64,000 nucleotides of DNA, from the NCBI GenBank assembly GCA_021324265.1, contig JAJPJK010000008.1:33041-97040 (forward strand), in the 5' to 3' direction. Positions 49,555 to 58,842 of the stretch are shown one piece after another. Each line of letters opens with the position of its first letter. The first letter of the stretch is position 1. The notes below the pieces were generated by a model that was not told the DNA's origin, ran no database searches, and saw only the letters and a program-made list of their open reading frames with translations. Source of the DNA: Thermoproteota archaeon. GTDB lineage: Archaea > Thermoproteota > Thermoprotei > Gearchaeales > Gearchaeaceae. The translations under genes and the position numbers were made by a program.

Positions 49555-50634
49555 CTAACTCTTTCTAGAATCAGATTTGTTCTTTAATTTTGACATTATT
49601 GAGTTTATTTCATCTATGGATAAAGTATACGTAGGTTTCTCTGGCAGCAAGCCAGAAGGTCTAAAAATTAAAATTAAGGTTAATACTATTCCAAATGCTA
49701 AAGGAGTAAAGAATGTCACGTCGAATGGTAAATAAGGCTCTAAATAGAATTTGTAGATATCAGTCAGCCTTAATGTCACAACGAATACACTTGCGCCAAT
49801 AAAAGTACCTATATTATTCGCAAGGCCTCCTACTACAATTATGACCCAAGGATAAAATGTATAATCTAGTCGCCTATATGAATCTGCTACTACAGTTGAA
49901 AAATACATTGCCAGCAAAGCGCCTGCTAAAGCAGCGATGGCACCTGCGAACATTGATACGTTTCTTCTGTATACTACAATGTCCTTACCATAAGATTGCG
50001 CCAGCACCTCATTATCTCTAATAGCTCTCATTGCTCTGCCGAGAGGACTGTTAACAAATCTATTAATCACAAAATAAATTATCAATGCAGAAATTACGAG
50101 AATTCCTATTATAATCCATTGCTTGAGAGTATAATTAGATATCCATGCGAAGAAGTCAGGAACGGTTACGCCTACGCTCGAGTTAACAGGGTATTTTGAA
50201 TATTTACCTATGGAGACTAATATTTCACCCATAGCGAGCAAAGTCATCCCGAGATAGTCTTCCCTTAATCTTAATGCAGGGTAGCTACCTAACAAGCCTA
50301 AAATCGCTCCTATTGCCATTGCAATTATAAGCGTTAATAAAAGCAATCCTATAGAGAAGAGAGGATTTGCAGCTAAAAAAGGATCAAAGAAACCACTAAC
50401 AACACTAAAATTATTGTCATAATAATTTAACCCCTTTGAATATATATCTAGGACATATGAAAGTATGAGACCTGGAATGCTTCCCATTACGAACGCACCG
50501 CCTGCTACAGTTAATACTTTTCCAAAATTCGGAATGCCAAGATATCCAAATTCCATATTCAGACTTAAGGAGATTATGAAGTAAGCTGCAAGCCAAGGAA
50601 CAATATCACGAACTATGAGCAAGGGATCAGCCAT
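49555..50634 (-). CDS. Branched-chain amino acid ABC transporter permease (LivM-like)
   Basis: BPD_transp_2 family topology. Confidence 0.8.
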   Translation of the reverse strand: MADPLLIVRDIVPWLAAYFIISLSLNMEFGYLGIPNFGKVLTVAGGAFVMGSIPGLILSYVLDIYSKGLNYYDNNFSVVSGFFDPFLAANPLFSIGLLLLTLIIAMAIGAILGLLGSYPALRLREDYLGMTLLAMGEILVSIGKYSKYPVNSSVGVTVPDFFAWISNYTLKQWIIIGILVISALIIYFVINRFVNSPLGRAMRAIRDNEVLAQSYGKDIVVYRRNVSMFAGAIAALAGALLAMYFSTVVADSYRRLDYTFYPWVIIVVGGLANNIGTFIGASVFVVTLRLTDIYKFYLEPYLPFDVTFFTPLAFGIVLTLILIFRPSGLLPEKPTYTLSIDEINSIMSKLKNKSDSRKS

Positions 50635-50661
50635 CTTTAGCTCTATTCATTTTTATTCATA

Positions 50662-51570
50662 TTAATGTTTTAGGAACTTGCTCAGCAATCCACCAATTCC
50701 TTGCGGGAAAATAAGCAATACTATGCTCATTATAACTAAAGGTACAATAGGTTGAAATGGGATAAAAAACGTAAAACCTAAGCTAACAATGCCATAAGTA
50801 ACTAAGACTGAAGTGGCACCTACTATTATTCCGCCCAAAATTGTACCAAAAAGGCTGCTTATTCCTCCCAAAATTGTCGCAGCGAACATATATGGTAGGA
50901 ATTCATCGCCAGAATAAGTGTTAACGCTCTGGAAAAATGCAAAAAATATTCCAGCCATCCCAGTGAGCGCCCCGCTCAAAAACCAAGAGAATAAATATAC
51001 AGCATTAGTATTAATGCCAACAACTGAAGCGAGTGAAGGGTTTTCGATAGAAGCCCGCATTGCAATACCAAACTTCGTCTTAAATAAAAGTAAATATAGC
51101 GATATGAAAACAACTATAACTGCGATTATTCCTAATATGAAAGAGAAGTTTATACCAAATACATCAAAATCAGAATTAATAAAATTAACATAAGATATAC
51201 TAACAAAGTAAGTATAATTCATCCAACTAGCAAAAATATTTATAATACTATAGCTTATTATATCTAGATTTAAGGTTGCGATCATTAAGATAACTATACT
51301 TGCACCTCTGTTCATCAAAGGCCTTATAACTAGAAGATAAAAAAGTAAAGAGAAAAGTCCGACTAACAGAAATGAAACAGGAATGAAATAAAAAGGAGAA
51401 ATCCTTAAAACGCCTTGTGCAAAAATTCCAAGATAGGTACCTAACGTTAAGTATGGCCCTTGAGCGAAATTAGGAACTTTTGTTGTTTGATAAGTTAATG
51501 TTAGGCCTAATGCTGATAATATAGTAATTATCGAGTAATATACAGCAGCATATGTTATAGGGTCTAGCAT
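50662..51570 (-). CDS. Branched-chain amino acid ABC transporter permease (LivH-like)
   Basis: BPD_transp_2 family topology, of the size and hydropathy expected for LivH. Confidence 0.8.
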   Translation of the reverse strand: MLDPITYAAVYYSIITILSALGLTLTYQTTKVPNFAQGPYLTLGTYLGIFAQGVLRISPFYFIPVSFLLVGLFSLLFYLLVIRPLMNRGASIVILMIATLNLDIISYSIINIFASWMNYTYFVSISYVNFINSDFDVFGINFSFILGIIAVIVVFISLYLLLFKTKFGIAMRASIENPSLASVVGINTNAVYLFSWFLSGALTGMAGIFFAFFQSVNTYSGDEFLPYMFAATILGGISSLFGTILGGIIVGATSVLVTYGIVSLGFTFFIPFQPIVPLVIMSIVLLIFPQGIGGLLSKFLKH

Positions 51571-51613
51571 TTTTGTTATAAAACTTTAAATACATATATA
51601 TAACTATTTTGTT
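51571..51613. promoter_or_regulatory. Divergent promoter region between the Liv permease operon (-) and the Liv substrate-binding-protein gene (+)
   Basis: A 43-bp AT-rich spacer containing the TATA-like runs tataaaacttta and atatatata. Confidence 0.35.
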
Positions 51614-52903
51614 ATGGCACAAACGACCTCTTGGGTAACTAGAGCAGTAGTTTTCCTAATAGTAGGTTTGCTAATAGGTGTAGCAATAGGATATTTCGTA
51701 TTCCCAAGTACTACAGCGCCAGCTCCGGCGGGAGGAGGAAGAGCTTTACCATCAGAAATAAAATTTGGTGCTTTACTTGCACTGACAGGAGAGCTCGCAT
51801 CGTTTGGCAACGACCACATGGTTGCATTACAACTAGCTGTTAGCGAGGCAAATAATTATCTTCAAAAGGCAGGAATACCTTCAAAGGTTACTTTAGATGT
51901 CGAGGACACGCAAACAAATCCTAATGTAGCTCTGCAGAAACTTCAAGCTATGTATGCAAATGGTATTAAGTTTGTTTTCGGCCCTCTTTCAAGCAATGAA
52001 CTTAGAAATTTGATAGCCTACGCAAAAAGCAATGGAATACTTCTCTTTAGCCAATCTTCAACAGCCATAGATTTGGCCAACGCTACAAGAGGCTACGTAT
52101 TCAGGGGATCTCCAAACGATGCGGCACAAGGAGTTGCGCTAGCATTGGCAATGCAAAAAGTAGGAATTAAGTATTTGATCATAATGAACAGACATGATAC
52201 TTATGGAGACGGCTTAGCATCTTCTGTAGCTACCAATTTCAAAAACCTTGGAGGAACAGTACTTGGCCAAATACCATATGATTATAATAAGCAGGAATTT
52301 ACGGTAGAGGTACAGCAATTGAACACTATGGTACAAAGTGCAGTAAATCAATATGGAAATAAAACAGTAGCTGTAGAGCTCATAGCGTTTGAAGAAGCCG
52401 CAGTCATAATAACAGAGGCCCTTCAATATCCTGTATTATCTCAAGTTAGATGGTTCGGATCTGATGGAACAGCTGGATCTGCTAAGTTAACAGAGGATCC
52501 AGCGGTAGCCAATTTCTGTATAAAGACAAAATTCTTAAACACGATAACTGCTCCTGCTGCTGAAAATGACATAACAATAAAGGTGAAGAATTACGTTATG
52601 CAAAAGTTAGGAAGGGAGCCAGATTCATATACATACGTTGTCTACGATGAATTCTGGCTTCTATTTTATGCGATATTGTCAGTAGGATATGATCCAGCTA
52701 AGGTTGCTGCTGCATTGCCCTATGTAGCACAAGGCTACGTAGGTGCTAGTGGTCCAATACAATTCGATCAATATGGAGATAGAGTGCCGGTAGCATACGC
52801 TATCCAAGCAATAGTATATAACGGAACAGCATACACATGGGAAAACGTAGGACAGTACTTACACGTAGATAACTCGGTAACGCTACAGTCAAACTACGAT
52901 TAA
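51614..52903 (+). CDS. Liv-type (Peripla_BP_6) substrate-binding protein with N-terminal membrane anchor
   Basis: The N-terminal TM is followed by a Gly/Pro-rich linker, then IKFGALLALTGELASFGND typical of LivJ/K-family binding proteins. Confidence 0.8.
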   Translation: MAQTTSWVTRAVVFLIVGLLIGVAIGYFVFPSTTAPAPAGGGRALPSEIKFGALLALTGELASFGNDHMVALQLAVSEANNYLQKAGIPSKVTLDVEDTQTNPNVALQKLQAMYANGIKFVFGPLSSNELRNLIAYAKSNGILLFSQSSTAIDLANATRGYVFRGSPNDAAQGVALALAMQKVGIKYLIIMNRHDTYGDGLASSVATNFKNLGGTVLGQIPYDYNKQEFTVEVQQLNTMVQSAVNQYGNKTVAVELIAFEEAAVIITEALQYPVLSQVRWFGSDGTAGSAKLTEDPAVANFCIKTKFLNTITAPAAENDITIKVKNYVMQKLGREPDSYTYVVYDEFWLLFYAILSVGYDPAKVAAALPYVAQGYVGASGPIQFDQYGDRVPVAYAIQAIVYNGTAYTWENVGQYLHVDNSVTLQSNYD

Positions 52904-52905
52904 AT

Positions 52906-53292
52906 TTAACTGACTATTTTTATCGGTTCTATTTTTATTATAACCCTTTTTTCATTTCCTCTCCAAGGATATTTGTCTAAATTCAAATATTTCTTTGCCA
53001 GTTTATCAATATGAGCGTCAGCATTTTCATAATCGAATCCTATCACTTTTCCTTTAATATAAGCACTCCTATAAGGATTTTCATTCGAATATATGGCGAT
53101 TCCAATCTTTGAATTGTTTTTAACATTCTTAAACTTGGCTCTGGCTGTGGTCGTATTGATCAGAATAGTATCTCCATCATGATCTATCCATGTTATTGTC
53201 ACATGGGGATATCCATTCTCATCTATCGTAGCAAAGCTAGCAAAATTTTTTCCTTCAATCAAATCCAAGACCTCTTTATTTAATTTACCCAT
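52906..53292 (-). CDS. Pyridoxamine 5'-phosphate oxidase-like FMN/F420-binding split-barrel protein
   Basis: 128 aa with a PNPOx-like split-barrel pattern (FASFATIDENGYPHVTITW). Confidence 0.55.
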   Translation of the reverse strand: MGKLNKEVLDLIEGKNFASFATIDENGYPHVTITWIDHDGDTILINTTTARAKFKNVKNNSKIGIAIYSNENPYRSAYIKGKVIGFDYENADAHIDKLAKKYLNLDKYPWRGNEKRVIIKIEPIKIVS

Positions 53293-53376
53293 GGATAAAA
53301 CTCCGATTAATGATGATAAATTCTTTGCGCCAGGACAGAAGCTTTAAATTGTTCCATTTAATATACCTCCAACATA

Positions 53377-54621
53377 ATGAGTAAATTCAAAACAAAGGAA
53401 GCTTTCTTCATTGCACTGGGGGGTCAGGCTCCCTTCGTTAGCTTTTTTATATTCGGAGGGTATGTCAACTCTTTATTAGGTTCTTCCAGCGCTTTAGCCA
53501 CGTTTATAGCTGGGCTATTAATATTTGTAAACGGCTTAGTTACAAATGAGCTCAGCAAACGATTTCCTTATTATGGAGGATATTACGCTTACAGCTACTT
53601 TACACTCAGCTCATCTCTTTCCTTCACCACATTCTGGACTTTTTTACTATTCAATGTAACCTACGCGTTAGCATATCTTTACGGCACTGCTTACATGCTA
53701 ACTACATACTTATTTCACAACGATCTAATTGCATTCATATTTTCACTCGCAGCAATCATGATATTGTATTCCTCGGGAAGAAAACCGACTGCAACATATG
53801 CTATCATAGCCGGTTCTTTAGAACTTGCAATCATGGTTTTCCTAGGTCTATATTTGCTTTATCTTTCATCTTTCAACTTCCTCAATCCTTTCGAAATAAA
53901 AGGAGACTTATCCCGAGGGATTCTTTTTGCTGCAGGTATTCCAACAGGCTATATAGTCCTGTCTTCCATAGCCGAAGAAGTCGAAGACTCAAGAAAGGTA
54001 ATTGGTAAAATGATGCTCATAGTAATAGTAATCGGAACGCTACTCAGTGCTTTTGACCTTTATGCGTTAAGCGCATTAAACGTGGCAGTTATAGATGCAC
54101 TTCTTTTAGGCTTGGGAATTTTTGTATTCCCCATAGTCCTCTTTACTGCCGTGAATGATGGCTTTCTCGGAGTAATGGCCTATCTTGTATCTACGACAGG
54201 TTTATTAAAATCATTGAGATATGGGTTTGGAGATTTTCTAAAAGGCAAAGCAGGCTTCTTTTCCTTCTTCATATATTTGATCATACCTATTCTGCTGTTC
54301 TATATGGTTGGAAATAACTTTGCTCTATTTGAGGCATGTGGTTATTTATCACTCTTAGCAAACTTCTTTTTGAATGCAATGGCTGCCGCAGCTCTACTAA
54401 GAATTGGAATTTCTAGACTGATTAGGAAAAGAGCATGGATATATCAATTAACCATTTCAATTTTCTCTTTGATATCGAATGTAATCATCGTTATTTTGAA
54501 CATTCAAAGCGGCGAGCCTTTACTTGTATACTTTTTTATGGGCTGGCTGATAATAGGTTTCGTAATATCATCAATAATCGAGGTAGTCAGAGAAATTCAA
54601 GAAGAAGCGAAGAAACAATAA
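53377..54621 (+). CDS. APC-superfamily amino acid/polyamine permease-like membrane protein
   Basis: 12 TM helices, with an N-terminal glycine-rich unwound-helix motif ALGGQAPFVSFFIFGGY. Confidence 0.55.
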   Translation: MSKFKTKEAFFIALGGQAPFVSFFIFGGYVNSLLGSSSALATFIAGLLIFVNGLVTNELSKRFPYYGGYYAYSYFTLSSSLSFTTFWTFLLFNVTYALAYLYGTAYMLTTYLFHNDLIAFIFSLAAIMILYSSGRKPTATYAIIAGSLELAIMVFLGLYLLYLSSFNFLNPFEIKGDLSRGILFAAGIPTGYIVLSSIAEEVEDSRKVIGKMMLIVIVIGTLLSAFDLYALSALNVAVIDALLLGLGIFVFPIVLFTAVNDGFLGVMAYLVSTTGLLKSLRYGFGDFLKGKAGFFSFFIYLIIPILLFYMVGNNFALFEACGYLSLLANFFLNAMAAAALLRIGISRLIRKRAWIYQLTISIFSLISNVIIVILNIQSGEPLLVYFFMGWLIIGFVISSIIEVVREIQEEAKKQ

Positions 54622-54627
54622 AATTCA

Positions 54628-55302
54628 TTAGCCCATAAGCTCCTTTACTTTTTTGAAAACATCTTCAAAATCTTCTTCTCTCAATCTGCCTGTCCTTCTA
54701 TTTCTCTGACTGGGATGATAAGTTAAAATGATGTATGGTGAATTATTCGATTTATATATTAGTCCATGCTCGAATTTAGGCTTTTTTATACCAAACCCAT
54801 AAACAGATTCAAATATTTTGAAGAACGTATCATAAGCGATTCTGCCCAATAGAACAATGTATTTAGGTCTTATCAACTTAAGTTCCCTAATTAAATATTC
54901 AGAACAGTTCCTTATCTCAGAGGCCAGTGGCCTGTTATTTGGTGGGGCACATCTTATACTTGCTGAAAGATAACAATTCTTCAACATTAGTCCATCATCT
55001 TTGCTCACAGAAACAGGTTTATTTGCAAAGCCGTATTTATGAAGTACTTTAACTAAAAGATCTCCTGATGCATCACCTGTGAACATCCTACCTGTTCTAT
55101 TTGCTCCATGTGCAGCAGGTGCTAAACCAAGAATAAAAAGCTCAGCTTTTCTATCTCCGAAACCTGGAACAGGCTTCCCCCAATATTCCCATTTGGAGAA
55201 TGCTTTTTTCTTTTTTCTTGCGACTTCTTTAATATAGCTCACAAGTCTAGGGCAACGAGTACAATTGATTATCTCTGAGTTTAACTTATCCCATGAATCC
55301 AT
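54628..55302 (-). CDS. Uracil-DNA glycosylase, family 5 (UDGb-type) with 4Fe-4S cluster cysteines
   Basis: Motif GLAPAAHGANRTG (GLAPA instead of GE(A/G)PG) and four Cys (CTRC...C...C). Confidence 0.75.
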   Translation of the reverse strand: MDSWDKLNSEIINCTRCPRLVSYIKEVARKKKKAFSKWEYWGKPVPGFGDRKAELFILGLAPAAHGANRTGRMFTGDASGDLLVKVLHKYGFANKPVSVSKDDGLMLKNCYLSASIRCAPPNNRPLASEIRNCSEYLIRELKLIRPKYIVLLGRIAYDTFFKIFESVYGFGIKKPKFEHGLIYKSNNSPYIILTYHPSQRNRRTGRLREEDFEDVFKKVKELMG

Positions 55303-55317
55303 CTTTAAAAATTAACT

Positions 55318-55701
55318 CTACGCCCTATTAGTTTTTGTAGATAGCACTGAGATTACAAAGGAGATTAAATAAAGTGTATGAGTTGCTATGCAAAAAGGAC
55401 ATAGGGCCTTTATTATTGCGAGCTGTATATACTCTAGATATATGATGAAAGCAAGACCCAAAACTCCCAAGATTAACAAGGGAAAAAGAAGATTTCTTTG
55501 AAGCGAGAAAGCCATTGCAATGAATCCTATTATGCCAAGCAAAGAAACAGGTATTCCGAATAATTTTGAATAATTGCTTGTTATTACGAGGTCGCATCCA
55601 CCAGAAATAGGACAAGCACTTAATGTTAAAGTCAGATAAGTTAGATACGATGATAAAACCAAGCCTGAAAAAATTAAGATCAGCGCTATATACTTTAGCA
55701 T
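55318..55701 (-). CDS. Vitamin K epoxide reductase (VKOR)-family membrane thiol oxidoreductase (DsbB analogue)
   Basis: Four TM helices, a loop Cys pair CPISGGC and the TM4 active site CPFC. Confidence 0.65.
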   Translation of the reverse strand: MLKYIALILIFSGLVLSSYLTYLTLTLSACPISGGCDLVITSNYSKLFGIPVSLLGIIGFIAMAFSLQRNLLFPLLILGVLGLAFIIYLEYIQLAIIKALCPFCIATHTLYLISFVISVLSTKTNRA

Positions 55702-55707
55702 GAATTC

Positions 55708-56892
55708 CTAATATCTGTAAAAACCTTCGTTGGTCTTTACTCCTAGCTTATTTTCCTTGACCATTTTACTCAGTAGAGGATCGATCTCTATTTCTTCGCC
55801 CGTTATTTCGCTCAGCTTCTCTAATGCAGCCACGACTCTATCAATACCAAATTCATCTGCGAATCTGAATATCCCTTTTGGATAACCAAGCCCAAGCATT
55901 ACAGCCTTATCGATATCAGACTTTGTAGCTATACCCTCTCTGAGCAAATATGCAGCTTCATTTATGGCATGAGCTAGGATTATCGAAGGATCAAGCTTCG
56001 TTGCCCTTTCTTTTTCTAGCTGAGGTTTCTGATACTTGCCTGGCCCTGGATAGGTATAAAAGCCTTTGCCAGTCTTAACACCGTATTCTTTATTCTTGAA
56101 CTTTTCCTCAAGAATAGGGCATAGCCTTGCCTTAAAGCCTCGACTCGTCATGATGCCATGTATGAAATAGAATACATCGAGACCACTATAATCAGCAACC
56201 TCAAATACACCCATAGGGAAATTCAACCTATATCTCAATACTGCATCGACATCTTCAACGTCCGCAACTCCGTTATAAACGAGCATACAAGCAGTATCCA
56301 CAACTCTCGCTAATATCCTATTGACAACGAAGCCGGGTATATCTTTGTTCACAACTACGATCTCTTTCTCTAGCTTTTTACAAAGTTGAATAGAAACATT
56401 TAACGTAGCATCATCGGTATATTTACCCCTAACTATCTCAACAAGTTTCATGAGAACTGGCGGATTGAAGAAATGCGTACCGATGACCTTGCTCTTTCTT
56501 TGAGTGGATTCAGCGATCTCAGTGATTGGTAAACTGCTAGTATTGCTAGCGAGTATAGCTTGGCTCGGAGCAAGCATGTCTGCTTTTTTAAATATATCCC
56601 TTTTGACATTGAGATCTTCAATTGCAGCTTCTATCATGAAATCGGCATCCTTCAATACCTCATCCAAGCTTGTGCTTGTCTTTATCCTCGCCAATACCTG
56701 CGAAGGCTCTTCTTTAATTTGCTTCTTCTCATATAACTTCTCTAAACTCCATTTTATCTTCTCAATTGCACTATTCAATATATTCTCTGCTACATCGTTC
56801 AAACTTACTTCAAAGCCAGAAATAGCGCAAATCTCTGCTATGCCATGACCCATTGTACCTGCGCCTATAACTGCGATCTTACTAACTTCCAT
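55708..56892 (-). CDS. 3-hydroxyacyl-CoA dehydrogenase (NAD-binding plus C-terminal domains)
   Basis: Rossmann IAVIGAGTMGHGIAE and the length and organisation of HADH. Confidence 0.85.
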   Translation of the reverse strand: MEVSKIAVIGAGTMGHGIAEICAISGFEVSLNDVAENILNSAIEKIKWSLEKLYEKKQIKEEPSQVLARIKTSTSLDEVLKDADFMIEAAIEDLNVKRDIFKKADMLAPSQAILASNTSSLPITEIAESTQRKSKVIGTHFFNPPVLMKLVEIVRGKYTDDATLNVSIQLCKKLEKEIVVVNKDIPGFVVNRILARVVDTACMLVYNGVADVEDVDAVLRYRLNFPMGVFEVADYSGLDVFYFIHGIMTSRGFKARLCPILEEKFKNKEYGVKTGKGFYTYPGPGKYQKPQLEKERATKLDPSIILAHAINEAAYLLREGIATKSDIDKAVMLGLGYPKGIFRFADEFGIDRVVAALEKLSEITGEEIEIDPLLSKMVKENKLGVKTNEGFYRY

Positions 56893-57124
56893 GAGATGTT
56901 TAGCCTTAGTAAGTTATAAGTATTCTTAAAAAACTAAAGGCTAACTATCAATAACAATTACTATTTCTCGTGTCCATCAAAAATTTCTTTAATTCCCGGC
57001 TCAAGATCATACAGTAAAGTATCATTAATGCGTTCTTTGGAAATAACTCATTTCTCAAACCTATGAATAGCTAAGCGAAGAAACTTTGTTGAGTTATTAT
57101 CGATATATTTATGTTCAATGAAAA

Positions 57125-57973
57125 ATGAATGTGTACAAAATTAAGGAAGAAGTAAGAATAAAGGAAATCGAGCTAAAAGTAAAAAACCTTGAGGAACTCA
57201 TAGAATTTTATGTGAACATTTTAGGATTTAAGGTCTTTAATGAAAAAAATGACTTTGCCGAGCTTGGTTCTGGTAAGGATCCTTTTCTAAGATTGGTAAG
57301 AGCTGAGAATTTAAAAGATGAAAGTTACAGGAGTACTGGTCTATATCACGTTGCCTATTTGCTGCCCAGTAGGAAGGATCTCGCTATCATGCTAAAGCAT
57401 CTGCTCGATTCAGAAGCTCCGATAGAAGGTTTTGCTGACCACTTAGTAAGCGAGGCAATTTACTTACGCGACCTAGAGGGAAATGGAATAGAAGTTTACT
57501 GTGATAGACCAAGGGATCAATGGATAAGAAGTGGAAATAAAATAGCGATGAGCACAGAGCAGCTTGATGTGGATTCGTTGTTAGAGCTGAGTAAAGGAGG
57601 AGATTGGAAGGGGTTCAGTGAGCATGGTAGAATAGGGCACATTCATCTCAAAGTCTCTAATCTTTCTAAAACCGAATATTTTTATACACAAGTTCTGAGC
57701 TTTGATCTAACTTTGAGATATTATGGAGCTATATTCCTCTCTACAGGAGGCTACCACCATCATATAGGAGCAAATGTTTGGCAGAGCCTTAATTCCGGAC
57801 CTAGAAGTGAGGACATGAGAGGACTTTCATACTTCACTATTAAACTCCCTAATGAGCAAGTATTTGAGAATATTGCACAAAACATTGTCAAGCATAATGT
57901 TTGGCACATCAGAGAAAAGACTGAGTTATATACAAAAGATCCTGATAATATTGCGATAAAAATTATTGCTTAA
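57125..57973 (+). CDS. Two-domain VOC-superfamily extradiol ring-cleavage dioxygenase/glyoxalase-like protein
   Basis: Two glyoxalase/bleomycin-resistance/dioxygenase modules with His ligands (HVAYLL, HIHLKV). Confidence 0.65.
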   Translation: MNVYKIKEEVRIKEIELKVKNLEELIEFYVNILGFKVFNEKNDFAELGSGKDPFLRLVRAENLKDESYRSTGLYHVAYLLPSRKDLAIMLKHLLDSEAPIEGFADHLVSEAIYLRDLEGNGIEVYCDRPRDQWIRSGNKIAMSTEQLDVDSLLELSKGGDWKGFSEHGRIGHIHLKVSNLSKTEYFYTQVLSFDLTLRYYGAIFLSTGGYHHHIGANVWQSLNSGPRSEDMRGLSYFTIKLPNEQVFENIAQNIVKHNVWHIREKTELYTKDPDNIAIKIIA

Positions 57974-58842
57974 AGGAATTCTTCAAGTATCTCTTTCGCT
58001 TCTTCCAAGCTGGGCATAGGTTGTTCAACGAGCGGTTTGTCTTTCAAAATCTCGAAATACTCGGTATAGGTAGGTTTCTCAGTTACGTAGAAAAGACCAA
58101 TGGGTATTTTTGGTCCGAACTCTCTGGCTTTTTTGAAGGCTGCATCGATATCTCTAGGATCATGACCAGTTTCTTCGAGCTTATAAATCCTCTGTCTGAA
58201 CCAATCATAGGTGTTAAGTTTGTTGAATGTTACACAAGGGCTGAAAACATCGATGAGCGCAAAGCCTTTGTGTAAAATTCCGTTCTTTATCAACATCGCT
58301 AAGTGCGCAGGATCTCCTGAAAATCCTCTTGCTACGTAGGTAGCACCGCCTGCTATAGCTAGAGCAATGGGATTTATTGGCTCATCTATAACTCCATATG
58401 GCGTGGACTTCGTCTTATGACCTTGCAAGCTTGTAGGTGAAGCCTGTCCTGTAGTTAAGCCATAAATTTGATTATCCATTACTATCATCGTTATATCAGG
58501 ATTTCTTCGCATCACATGTATGAAATGACCCATACCTATTCCATATCCATCACCGTCACCAACAGTCACAACAACTTCAAGCTTGTGGTTCGCTAACTTG
58601 GCTGCAGTAGCTACTGGAAGGGCTCTACCATGTATACCATGGAAGCCATATGTTGTAGTAAAGCCTGGAAGATTAGAAGAGCAACCTATGCCAGAAACTA
58701 TAAGCACATCCTTTGGTTCTAGCCTGAGCTCAGCGAGTGCTCTCTGAAGTGCGTTGAGCACACCGAAATCCCCACATCCGGGGCACCAATCAGGTCTTAT
58801 CTCACCGACAAACTTCCTTATATCAGCGACTGCTAGCGTCAT
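57970..58842 (-). CDS. 2-oxoacid:ferredoxin oxidoreductase beta subunit (TPP-binding)
   Basis: The TPP motif GDGDGYGIGMGH, and Cys ligands for the 4Fe-4S cluster (CPGCGDFG). Confidence 0.85.
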   Translation of the reverse strand: MTLAVADIRKFVGEIRPDWCPGCGDFGVLNALQRALAELRLEPKDVLIVSGIGCSSNLPGFTTTYGFHGIHGRALPVATAAKLANHKLEVVVTVGDGDGYGIGMGHFIHVMRRNPDITMIVMDNQIYGLTTGQASPTSLQGHKTKSTPYGVIDEPINPIALAIAGGATYVARGFSGDPAHLAMLIKNGILHKGFALIDVFSPCVTFNKLNTYDWFRQRIYKLEETGHDPRDIDAAFKKAREFGPKIPIGLFYVTEKPTYTEYFEILKDKPLVEQPMPSLEEAKEILEEFL

